Positions 25,601-42,499 of a stretch of 64,000 nucleotides of DNA are shown piece after piece. Origin of the DNA: Raillietiella orientalis (lineage: Eukaryota); NCBI GenBank assembly GCA_036172245.1, contig JAYWIR010000002.1, forward strand, positions 5,332,001 through 5,396,000, written 5' to 3'. The notes under the pieces are model-generated. The model was not told the DNA's origin. It searched no databases and was given only the letters and a program-made list of their open reading frames with translations. The position numbers and the translations under genes were made by a program. How positions within the stretch are numbered: the first letter of the stretch is position 1; the number at the start of each line of letters is the position of its first letter.

Positions 25601-28149
25601 GTGACGCATGACGAAAGAATGGGGCTCCTACGCGGAAAGCAACCTTGGCATTGCGGTTAAGCCAATCAGAGAAGTGAAGCCTTTGCAATGGATGAGCAGC
25701 AAATCCATGGACAGTGGGGTCGACTTTAGAGTCTCCCCGCTGTTTGCAAACCTAAGAGAAAAGTTGCTCCTCGGGTCTGACATGGCACTCAAAAAAAAAA
25801 AAAAAAAGGAAAAAATCAGCGAAGAAGGAAAAGGAAACACGCCAATACCAGTTTGTGAAACCAGCCGAAAACTCAATGTGTGGGGGTTGACACCAACGTC
25901 TGCCACTGAGAGACACCCTCCTCTCTTTGTTGGGGGTGTGGGGCCGGCTGCTTCCAGGATTGGCTTCACCTAATGCTCTAGGAAACCGATCGTCCATCTA
26001 ACGCTCTAAATAAATTTGGAAAAACGGGAAAGCTCCTCTGCCTTTGTTTAGAGAGTCTAAGGTTCTTTGAGACTGGTCTTGGAGTCGAGTGGACATTGCA
26101 GTTGCAAAGGAAAACAGTAGCAGAGCATCACTTTGATTTCTAATTGTGGCAAATAAGTCAAACAAAAATTCAGTGTACGTAAATTAGCAGAGGCAGGTAC
26201 GTGAGTTCCTCGATCTCATAATTCGTCTGTGGGTGCTTTAAGGAGAAAAATAGCCGTTGTTAAGCTAGGTCAAGAAATTAAGCAGGAAAAGAAGCGGGGT
26301 GGAGAACTGGCAAAGAAAAGCTGAGTCGAGAGAGCATCCACATTCTTTGGACAGCACGTGACTTTACAGATGGCCATGTGCAAAAGTTCATTGAAAGCGG
26401 CTCGCCACGAAAAAAAAAAAAAAGCCAAAAAGATTTCCTTCCTTTTCTTTTTTACTTCAGCTGGCTTCAGCTTCCCTGGAAGGAAGAGGATATCTGCGGA
26501 ATTGCACATCCATAGCCCGGGTCGACTCCAGAAAAATCATTGAGAATGAAAATGCGTGGCAAAGGCCCGCATAGCTCTCTAAGGAAAGAGGAAACCGGCT
26601 CCAGGATACGGAATAAACTGAAATAAACCAGCTTTTATCGAAAGTCACATCGTTCGTGATATGCCTAAACTATTTGGGGGGTTAACTACCTGCACTCTCT
26701 CTCAGCTTTACTGACGCTAGCGATTTACTCAGCTGCTGGAGCTGAGAATTGGCAATTCTCCGAAACAGTGGTCAGAAAATATGCCTCTAAGTGGGCTTCC
26801 TTGGGTAGCCAAGTGCTGGGAATTGCGAGCCACGAAAGCTGGTTAGCTCATTGCATGGGTCACTGAACTAAAACCTAACTGATGTAGATTGAACTAGTGA
26901 TGCTGCCTCTGTACAACAAGCAGAAGAAGAAGAAAAAGAATGCCTTTTCGATTCTGTTCAGCGCTAACCAGTCGGTGCTCCTACGAGCATTTGTTTGCTT
27001 GTTTGTTTTTCTGGCTCTTCTGATACTTGAAGAAGAGCTCGATTTTTCGAGATATACCTCGAAGTGTTTCAATATTCAAGTTTGCTTCAGTCATTCTTTG
27101 TCACGGCCGGTGCTCCCAGGATTCAGCAGACGTGTGCCTATAAGACGAGCTGGCTGGAAAGATGATGGCGGATGGCTAATCAACAACAGCTAATGCAGAT
27201 AATTTGCAAACCCGTTCTTTTCTTTTTCCTGAGTTCACACCTTTAAGAGAAAAAAAAGGAAAAAAAAAGTGTCCTGGAGGCTTATAATGAGATGAGAATC
27301 ACGCACCTTCCGGATGTTTGTGGTGAGAAAACCAAGCATGGACCAGAATTTTTTCATTTTCTCGCACCGTCACAATTTCTGGTTGATTCTGCTGCCATCA
27401 CGAAAACCTCCCTGTGTTCACAACGTGAATGCGATCCGCATCCTTCATAGTGCCAGGTGCCTTTTTTTTTTCTTTTTTTCTGTGTGTGTGTGTGTGTTTT
27501 TTTTTTCAGAATTTTTGCCTTTTAAAAACCTCTAGCCATGTGAAGAAACCTTTCACTCTGGAATTCATTTCGTTTCTTGTAGCGAATATTCATCTACATA
27601 TCTCACGTCTGGTAGCCTTACCCACTCCGACGCCCCATGTTAAAGTTGGGAGACATTTTTTTTTTTTTTCCTTATCTGAGAGCAAAATCTTTCGGACGAG
27701 TTGTGAAGTTCAGTGGCACAGCGAACTCACCATTTCAGGGTTCACAGTTTTCTACAAAAAAGGAACTCCTCTTTGAAGAAAGAGCCTAAGCCATTTAACT
27801 GTTGCTCTTTAAGCTTTTTTTTTTTTTTTTTTTTTCGTCCCGAAGTTTGCAGTGTAAACTTACATACTCTCATTTGACAAAGGACGCATGCTCTTATTGA
27901 AATCACGTACTGTACCGGTTTGGACAAAGTGCGTCCACTTATTACGGTGTAGATCCATTTCCAAGAAGGAGTTTCGTGCTGACGTGCACAACTCAAAAGC
28001 GACACCTGGAAAGTGAAAGGTGCAGTGTAACGGTTATTGTGAAAGTATTGATTCCTTTTCTGAAGAACCAAAATTTTCGGAGGATCTATTCATTTTAGCA
28101 GTCATCCATCATTCTCGATGCAGCGTCCCTTGATGACTTCGCAAGCCGC

Positions 28150-28600
28150 CATCTTCTCCATGTATTTTATTGAAATCCCTTCATTGAAAACTCCTTCAGC
28201 TATCAAACACTGAAACAAGGGTCGCCCTTGGTAATTTGAACCCACCCATCAATCCACGGAAACAAAATGGCCATCCCCAAATGCCTCCACTCGCATTTGT
28301 CAGAGCACACCATAAAACTGAAAATTCTTGGAGAGGGCCTTTTCGTGGTCTCCCCCTTGCGGATCGCCCAAATCTTTGCACACGTTGCGCTATGCAGAGG
28401 GTCGTTCGGGAAGGTGGGTGGGGAAGAGGCAGCATCCGAGGATCGTGCCCATGCAACGAACCCCCTCTGAGACACGGCGTTCGTCTGCCTCCGTCTCGGC
28501 GTGTCGATCCACCCGTCCCCAGGTTTGCCACTCGCTTGTAATTTCCGGATCAGTGGACGTCCACTGTGCACGATGCAGCGGGTCCTTTCGAAATCATCTC
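28150..28600 (-). mobile_element. Decayed RT-core fragment, RTE-like
   Basis: ORF 28203-28571 contains AIRKGETTKRPSPRIFSFMV...EWRHLGMAI, resembling KGVRQGDxxSPxLF...W...GI. Confidence 0.35.
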
Positions 28601-28820
28601 GTCGGCATCGCGTAATCTTTGGGCGGAGATGCGTTCGCTCGCCCGGGAGAGCGCAGATCGGACGTGGAAATGTTTCCGCCAGGAAACTTTGATTCCTCGT
28701 CCTGCAAAGACCTTTTAAATGAGAAGAATCAGATAACTGTTTGCGTTCAAGGTCAGCGTGGAGTGAAGGTTAAACTTACGTTGTGCATTAGTTAACACTC
28801 ATGGTCTGTTGTTACTCAGG

Positions 28821-34911
<6,091 letters not shown>

Positions 34912-36449
34912 AAAGCTCGGATTCAGTAGAAAGAGCTCACAGAAATCGGATGCGTCCACTGATTATGGGAGAGAGGAAGGGGTGGGTGGGCGGGAGGAAG
35001 CGTCCCAAGTGACCAACAATGGCACGCTGATCACTTGGGCCGTAATTTTACTGCCAATTTTAGGTAATAGTCAGGAAGTGGGCACTTTCTTAGCCGACTT
35101 CCTTTCCGCTATGGCTTGCTTCGTCGGAAATAAACTCGTCTGTTGATTAGAGAGAAGTTTTGTTTCAAATTAAAGGGGGCTCATTACACCTACACAATGG
35201 ACCCATTCCTTCTTTTTTTTTTTTTTTAGAAAAAAAAACACCCGTTATTCATTTCTCATCATAGATGGAAGTGAGCGAGGAATGGACTGAACCGCTTTAA
35301 ATGAACTTAAGAATAACGAGCAAGCGAATAGAGATCCATAAGCGTAGTCCCTCCTTCACTGAAGATGTTGGAAGAGAGACAGAGATCTGCTGATAACGGA
35401 AGCATTATAATTCTCGATTGATTTAAAGCTGCGCGTTTGGAAAACAAGTAGCAAAGCCAGCGATACTTCCGATAATTCCCATCTAAGAATTTTCGAGGCA
35501 GTGAAATGTATAGAAAGAATTTCAGGACATTCATTTCGACTCTCAGTATACGGAAAGAATACGTTGACTCCAGAATGGAGCGATTCAGTGCTCCTCAAAG
35601 CATGGATGACTCATTCGAGTGTCTGGAGCACATCTTGCACTGAAGCTACAGGTAGGGCAGACCGCAGATGTGTGCGGGAAGAGAAGAGCAGGGATGGCAC
35701 CTAAAGATGCGCGCTCAAGCTGCACGTAATGAAATCTCGGAATGATTTCACCATCCGATGACTCACGGAATGCCCAAGAACTAGGTGCCTGCACATGGCA
35801 AATTCCTTGCAAGAAGGATCATGGAGGGATTCACGACCGTTCCGATAGAGTGAATGTTCAAAGAGATCGATGAGAAGAGCGGACAGATAGGTAATCTTCG
35901 AGCGAATAGCATTTGAGAAAAGGCGCGAAACTTTCAATGCATTTGCCACATAAAGCATTCCCATGCCTTTTTTTTTTTTGTCACAAGATTACAAAATAAC
36001 TAGTATTTGGCCGCGAGAGAGATGAAAGGAGCTTTCACGAGTATACCGATGTTGAAATGGGAAGAATGCAATGAAAGAGGTTGTCGCCAAGGAGTTATTT
36101 CTCTGCAAATGGGCCTTGCGATCATGAGATGTGCGAGCAAAAACACGGAATGGCAACTGGATGACAAACGATGGGATTAGGCGAAGCTGCTGTGGAGTGC
36201 AACTTGCCCTTCTTGCTCAGTAGCACTGATGCACTGCTGGACTAGAGTGTTTTGTTCATGGAGGAACGGAAACCAGTGATGAACACGATGGTCTACGAGG
36301 GATCACGTTGGCTAGCTCACGGTGGCCTCCGTGATGCGGTGGCACTCGTCAAAGTGTATTTCATTCAGATGGGTTGAGTGTGCCTGACTCAAACTTGACC
36401 TTCGAACTTGCTCGCCCTCAAACTCTATCAACGATTTGGTGCTTATGGT

Positions 36450-37550
36450 GGAGGTACGGGATCGTCACCATATCCAATTTTCACATTCAGGCTGTGATGA
36501 TTATCATCAAGATCATCTGTTGCGATGTTATGATCAGTTCTCTCCTGAGCAGATGCCATTTGGAACGCATCGACTGCAAAGTGTCTGGTGATTTCAAATG
36601 AAATGTTGTCGTAGAATATTTATGGGCGCATCTGTCGAAATTTGGCCGGACTCTAATGTAGTGCTTCCCGTGTTTCCTGGAACGAGACGGAAACCTATTT
36701 CCTCCCTCCAAAAATCCAGCCCCACCAAAGTTCGGAGAATTTTCGGGCGGTGCCCGGCCACAGCATTTCCCAGCTCAGTGCACCGAAAGCGTGTTTTGTG
36801 ACGTGCAGGATGATGGTCTTCCAAGTGATGCAACCCCTTCCGTTTTCATAAGTCCTTGTTGTCGTTCTCTCGACCTTCCACTCCGTTGTTTCAAAACAGA
36901 GCCTCGAGAGAACAGAAGTTTGTGATTGCCACGTATGAGATAAAATCTAAAGAGGGCAGGGAGCACTGGTTGGATGCAAAAAAATGCTTTCCTGAACCGG
37001 ATTCTTTCTGCATTTCCCCCGAAGCATTCTCGCAAGCCGCCATTCCTTTTCCAATCCAGATATGAGGCGTCTGATTTCCGGTTTTCGCACGTCGTAAAGA
37101 AAGGTTGTCCGTGAAAAAACGGTCATCAGAGAAGGACCATCGCGTGACTCCATCAACTTCTGTGGGTCCATTCCTCCATTATCAAGGTTCCATTCTCAAG
37201 ATTCTTCAAGATTTTTCATTCGCTTTTCCTCACGAGGGAAGGCGAGGAGAGGGGGAGAGAGAAGGGCGGAGGGAAGAAAGAGACAGAGAGGAAACACAAA
37301 TGCCGTGTTTATTTTGATGGATGTTCTTCAACATTGATACCATTAAAGAAGTGCAGAAGTTCGATCCCGTATGAACTGCTCGAGAAACTCAAATTCCTGA
37401 GACTGTTCCAAGTTCGGTGGCGACGCATCCTCACGAAAAGTCATCCACGATGCCATCGGGTTTGCGATCAGCACTCGCCATCGCGAATGGTCCTCTTGTC
37501 AGCCTCCGACACACTTCTCTCATCAGTTAAGGAAAAATCAGGATTGCGAA
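36450..37550 (-). mobile_element. Decayed BEL/Pao LTR-retrotransposon integrase / C-terminal domain remnant
   Basis: Colinear degenerate motifs: ENGT (SDNGT-like), EIRRLISGLEKEWRLARMLRGK (ERLIxxxKxxLxKxL-like), DFWREE (FWxxWxxEY-like) and RSKWHLLR...TDD (RxxWxLGR...GxDG-like). No LTRs identified. Confidence 0.4.
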
Positions 37551-39149
37551 AACGGCTGTCCGATCAGAATAAAAGCCAACTTCGTTGATCGCCTCCCAGC
37601 AAGAGGGGGAAAGCGAAGGAGAGAGGAGACTCGAAGTCTCCAAGACATTCAAAGAAAAGGTCAAAGCGAGATAAGAAAAGGTCCCTTCGCAACGGTTTCC
37701 TGGGGTCGTCGCCTCCTTCATCGCCAGTGATGCTTCGATCGCGATCGGTGTCTTCTGACACAGAGCCAAAAAACATCCGAAAAGTGCGTGACCTCTGACA
37801 AAAGGACATGACTCAACATCCTGAGTCACGTACCATGCTTAAAACCGCGATCGCGAAACTAATTCTTCCTTCATCGATCTTCCCACGTCTCCTCAACAGA
37901 CTCACATTATGGACCATTCTCTAGGGGATTCGAACGTTTATAGAGGAAAAACAGCCCTGATGGAGACACGCCTCTACAATCTAGAGAATCGACAGAATCC
38001 GCAACGAAAAACAGGCACGCATCTCAAGAGAGCAACTCGTTCGAGACGCATCGAAGGACCTGAGAACAACAACCACGGCAAATAGTCACCATCCACGAAA
38101 TCTGACATTAGGCGACCATGGCGCTTAGATTGCTCCGAGGATACATCGATAAGTAGCTGGCACAACGGCCTACTAAACGGAGCAAGAGTGAAAACAAAGG
38201 TCATCCTGTAAGCAACTGCCGTAGGCAAACAAACGAAACGCAGTGCCAGGCGAAACCTCCGAGGAACCTGTGAGCGACAACAACGCAAGCAAACGTTTCC
38301 CGATCGGGAACAACGAGAGCGGCAGTACTCTTCCAAGGGAGACGTGACCCCATCTGTCCTCGTCTCACCAAAAACCGAACGTCCTACCTCCTTCCTGTCA
38401 GGGCGCTGCCTCTTCGCCGGCAAATGCCCGAAGCAAATCGGACTTGCTTCGCATGACCAATTTCTCCACAGCCTCCCTCCAGAAAAAAAAAAACAACGGA
38501 TTGTGAAAACTGGAACGGTTTTCCTGGACCGTCGGAGGGGCCTGATGCCTTCCACCTCTTCGTTTCCACCACCAGTGCGGTCACACTCATCTGCTCCATC
38601 CGAGGAGACCCTGAGCACTCCATTGCAACAGCAGGATGTCCAGAAGCATGGAGGAAGGGATCGCCACACAGCCGGCCATCCTGATGGTGCAACGGGGCAT
38701 TCGGCGCCGGAGTGCATTCGTCAGCTCCGAGGAAACGCAGGAACTGTTGGGACTGCTGCGCCCGAAAAGCGAAGGCACGCGAGCGGAAGCACTCCGAGGC
38801 CACAAGCACGTCCCAGTGGCATGCGCCGGCGGGCCACGTCGTCGGTCGGAGCCAGCAAGAATGCGAAATCGCCATCGACACGAGTATCCCGGAGTCGGGC
38901 ACGGGAGTCCACATCGCTCGGGACATGTCCGAGGGTAAGAATGTGAACTAGAGAGGAACGACAGGTTAGCTGCAGGGCATCAAAAAAGCAACAGAACTCA
39001 TCTCCAGAGCAGAAAATTCGAGAAGATTCCAGCGCCGATGGCGACAGCACATCGGAGACCGAAGCACAAAACAGCCGATCCGAGGGAGCTCTCGTTTGGC
39101 TTCCAGGGACCAGTCGTCCCATTCCCTCTTCCGAAGAGACCTTGTCGGT

Positions 39150-40520
39150 CTCCTCTTAGCGTCACGACAGACAGCGCCTCAGCAAGGGGATCCGAAGAAA
39201 GAACCTAAGCGGTCCCCTCAACATCAGCCTCCCTCCGCGGGTAAAGGATCCCGAGCGGGCGCAGTTCCAGGCACGGCGAAAGCTCCGACCTCGGACGGCG
39301 GCCACCCGAGGCACCAGAAATGAGGACGAGAGGACCGGGCAGAAATCTAGCGCGCGCGAGCGGTACCCTCCGCCGATCCTCCTCGCCGGATCCCGGAAGA
39401 CGGTTCCACCCCCAGGAGGTGGAACCGCGCGCTTCGAAACAGGCGCGCATCGGAGGGCCAATCTCCAAGAGCGAAACCAAGGAGGCAGAATGGAAACGGG
39501 GGGCATCCGGGAGCGGCACATTCGAGAACACCTGCGCGTGTATCTTCAGAGGGCAAGCGCAGTGATGTCAAAGACCGCTTTCCTGAAAGAGCAACTGGCG
39601 CTGGTGCTGATGCCAAGGATGCGGGGGAGGGAAACCTCGCCCGCCCGTTCAGCCGGGAGGCAGGTCGAGCGAGCGAGGAAGCTCTCGCGCCACTTCGCCC
39701 GTCGAGGGGCGTGCCATTGCAAATGCAGTCCCTGGAGATCCGCGCTTTCCGGACAAAACGACGCTGCCTCGACTTCACTTCGACCGCTTGCGCTTCTGAG
39801 TCACCAGCGGCCCGGGGGCAAGAGCTCGCCCGCTCCTCGAAGAAAAGGACGCGAGGCCATCGTCCGGTGGAGAGTGGGAGCAGCCACTCCGTCGCCAACT
39901 CTTCGTGCATTCTCCAGCAGCGAGGCTGCTGAGAGGTAGAGCACATACAAGATCACCGGAGGAAAGGAAGAAGAAAACACTTTTTGCTGCGGCAGTAACC
40001 ACCGCCCGAATGCGGCAAGCGCACGGGAGAACCTGCCAACGCAGAGCTGGGGACCGGGTGCAAACCGGCTGCTGCTGCTCTTTGCCAGCGAGGCCATCCC
40101 CAGCAGACTTCGGCGTTGTTCCCTTCCGAGAGAAAGGCCGCGCGCCGATACACGGGGGAGCGAAGGAAAGGGACCGCTCCGCATTCCCCTGCGCGCAGGA
40201 ATGCGAGAGGTCAGGGCACTTCCGCGTCAGCGGAGGACAAGGACTTGTCATGGAGCGCCTCCTTTCCTCAGTGGAAGGACGGGTTGCGGGAAGGCACGCT
40301 CCCTCCACCGGATCGCCTCCTCCGAGAGCCAACCAGCACCCCGGAGTAACAGATAGGGGCCGCCGGCATGCGACGCGGAAGAGCACGCGATAGGAAGGCC
40401 CGCCCTAGGCGGGACGGCGCAGAGGCGCAGCCGGTGGCAACGCGGAGCCACCAACTCCACCTTCTGCCGCCTGCCGGCTTGCCCAGCCTTTCCTGCGCTG
40501 CGCTGCGCATGCGCCACTCA
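39150..40520 (-). mobile_element. Heavily decayed Tx1-like RT fragment
   Basis: AGLPIACS...EEAIRWRERAFPQPVLP loosely matches LGLPVHLV...RRGIRQGDSLSPLLF, and GRWPRVLFFEERASS matches HHGRFVLPERATI of the 0.7-4.8 kb element. Confidence 0.4.
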
Positions 40521-40539
40521 CCCGAAAGACGCTCACAGA

Positions 40540-41900
40540 AATGAGCGAGTTAGTTAGGCAGGCCTGCGACGTCGTTGGTGGAGAGGGAGGGCAGGTTGTA
40601 CACCGTCGCAAATACACCGAGAACTGCAGCGGGGAGTCCAAAAAGTCGAAGATGGAGCCGTCGACATCTGGCGGCAACGTCGCGTCTCGGGACTTCTCAC
40701 TTGCCGAACTTTGTCACCAGTTTCAGCGTCAGCTTGATGAACGAGTTCTGCCCCGTGCCGTGGGAGATGGAGTACCCCGAAGACGTGTAGCACTTTCCGA
40801 AACCGGTGATGATCTCGTTGAAGAATTGCTCGCAGTGTAACGGGCCGCTGACCCTCACTCCCTTGGGCATCGCTCAGCACGCGATGTCTTCGGGGCACAC
40901 CTGGTGCGCGCAAACGGGACAACGCGGCACTCTCTCAACGCCAGTGAGCTTGCCCTCCCAGCAAAGACACACTCATCGAACCAGCCATCCTCCCACTCAT
41001 CTACCGGCAAGGGATGCCGTCACGTGCTGCTGATCTCGTTGAACATGTCCTGTATGGTGACTTTGCTGCTGCGGGTGTGGTTGGCATACCAGGCGTCCAT
41101 CCTGGACAGCCACTCCTCGTCCACACCTTTCTTCAGCCATATGCCCAGCGCCGCGATTGCGACGTAGTTCCTCTGCTCCTCGGTCCATCCGTCGCGCTCT
41201 GAAAGAACAGCATGCGCACCGAGCCGTCCCCGTCGCAGGGCGGGCGGAAGCGCTCTCGCAGCTGTGGAGTTCGGGTTCGCCCGGCTCCTTCGCGTGGTCC
41301 AAGGCAGGGCAGACCGAGGTTTGCGGCGCACGGTGGACGGACTTCGGCGTGCATGTGGCGCTTCTGAGTGAGGAATCGGTCGTTCCAGGAGCCCACAAAC
41401 ACCCCCGAAGCCCGAATTTTGGTTCCAAGGAACGCTGGCTCCTTGGCTGTCTGCCCCTGGCAGTCGACCCGGGATCGCGACCCTCAGCTTATCTTTCGCG
41501 CGCTTCGTCCGCGGAAGCAATGATCGCGACGGAGGTACGGGTTCGGGATAGGGAAGGAGAGCAATGCCTATTCTCCTCGCTCGTGCGCGCACTCCTGCAC
41601 CTACCGTGACGACGACGAGCTTCCGCAGTGGCGACGAAGAGCAAACACCGATGATGGGAAACTCCATCGAGGACGCGAGCTTCTCTTACTGTCAGATGCC
41701 GACGGTCCTCTGCGTGAGCTGCTGGACGACGAGGAAGATGGTGCTGTAGACGCTCAGCTTCGACAGGACAATGACTAGCGTCTTCAGAACAGCTTGGCCA
41801 CCACGCCCTTGGACCGTCTCAGGTACGCTAAGCTGTGCAAACTGGTCTGTCGGCAGAACCACTGGCAAAGCAGCTCGGCGCTCTCAGGAGACGGTTCGTC
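40540..41900 (-). pseudogene. DEG/ENaC (degenerin / ASIC / epithelial sodium channel) family pseudogene, 5' half, intron-containing
   Basis: WFCRQTSLHSLAYLRRSKGVVAKLF* corresponds to the conserved FxxxTSxHG...FW pre-TM1 motif. It is followed by hydrophobic TM1 (TLVIVLSKLSVYSTIFLVVQQL), MEFPIIGVCSSSPLRK (FPAVTxCNxNPxR motif), an exon at about 41023-41198, and LHCEQFFNEIITGFGKCYTSSG (TxxGxCYTF motif). At least four in-frame stops and several frameshifts. Confidence 0.85.
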
Positions 41901-42499
41901 GCGCCTCTTCACCTGACGCGCGCCTCCGGGCACACCCGTCCACCGGTACTTCCTGCGGAACATCGGTCGACGGTGATCGCCCACTCGTTGGGCCGTTCAC
42001 CCGACTTTGCTCCAGCGCGCGTCCCTCCTTCTGAACAAGCCAGCGGTGGCACAGTATCAATAAGTCACGGAAGAGGAAGGTGCCCTTTAGTTCTGTCATT
42101 TCGGGGGGCGGCCACCCGGTGATCCAGCCTGCTCCGCAAATCCGGAGGAGCCCTCCGTCACCAATGAGCCACAGTGGGAGCGGCCGGTCCGTCGGGCCTC
42201 GTCGCGAGCGGCACTCCGGCGTCTCTTCTTCCGCACCCTCAGCGCTCTTTCTGCTGAGAACCAACCTCTCCGCCGCCCTTCGCGATCCTCTCAATGAAAG
42301 GCTGCGAAGGTAGGGCGTCTTCGGCGGCGACGGCGCTCGTCGGAGGACGGCAGGCGGCAGGTGGCACCGTCGGTCATCTTCCTCAAACCCCCATCCAGCC
42401 CTGGCGTCGGAGCCAGGCTGGCACCTCGAGCGGGCCACAGCTCCCTCACCGCCGCCAGAGCTGCTGCAGGGCGAACCGCCCCAGATCAGCGCGCGCGCA

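Noticed and set aside
35300..36350. ERGCRQGVISL near 36075, resembling an RT RGxRQG motif
   Set aside because: A single motif without convincing colinear neighbours. It is possibly an old LINE but cannot be supported by eye.
37915..37975. GTTCGAATCCC on the - strand, possible tRNA T-loop
   Set aside because: No T-stem pairing, D-arm or anticodon arm.
38560..38940. Exon-like + strand segment ending in G|GTAAGA
   Set aside because: No identifiable protein family or partner exons.
40873..40876. In-frame TGA next to a Cys in the DEG/ENaC exon as possible selenocysteine or readthrough
   Set aside because: The same gene has several other stops (including TAA) and frameshifts, so pseudogenisation is the simpler explanation.
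42100..42125. GGCGGCCACCCGGTGAT as a sixth copy of the 3' terminal module
   Set aside because: It lacks the adjacent AATAAA-like hexamer and the GCCCCGG arm, so a chance match in GC-rich DNA is likely.
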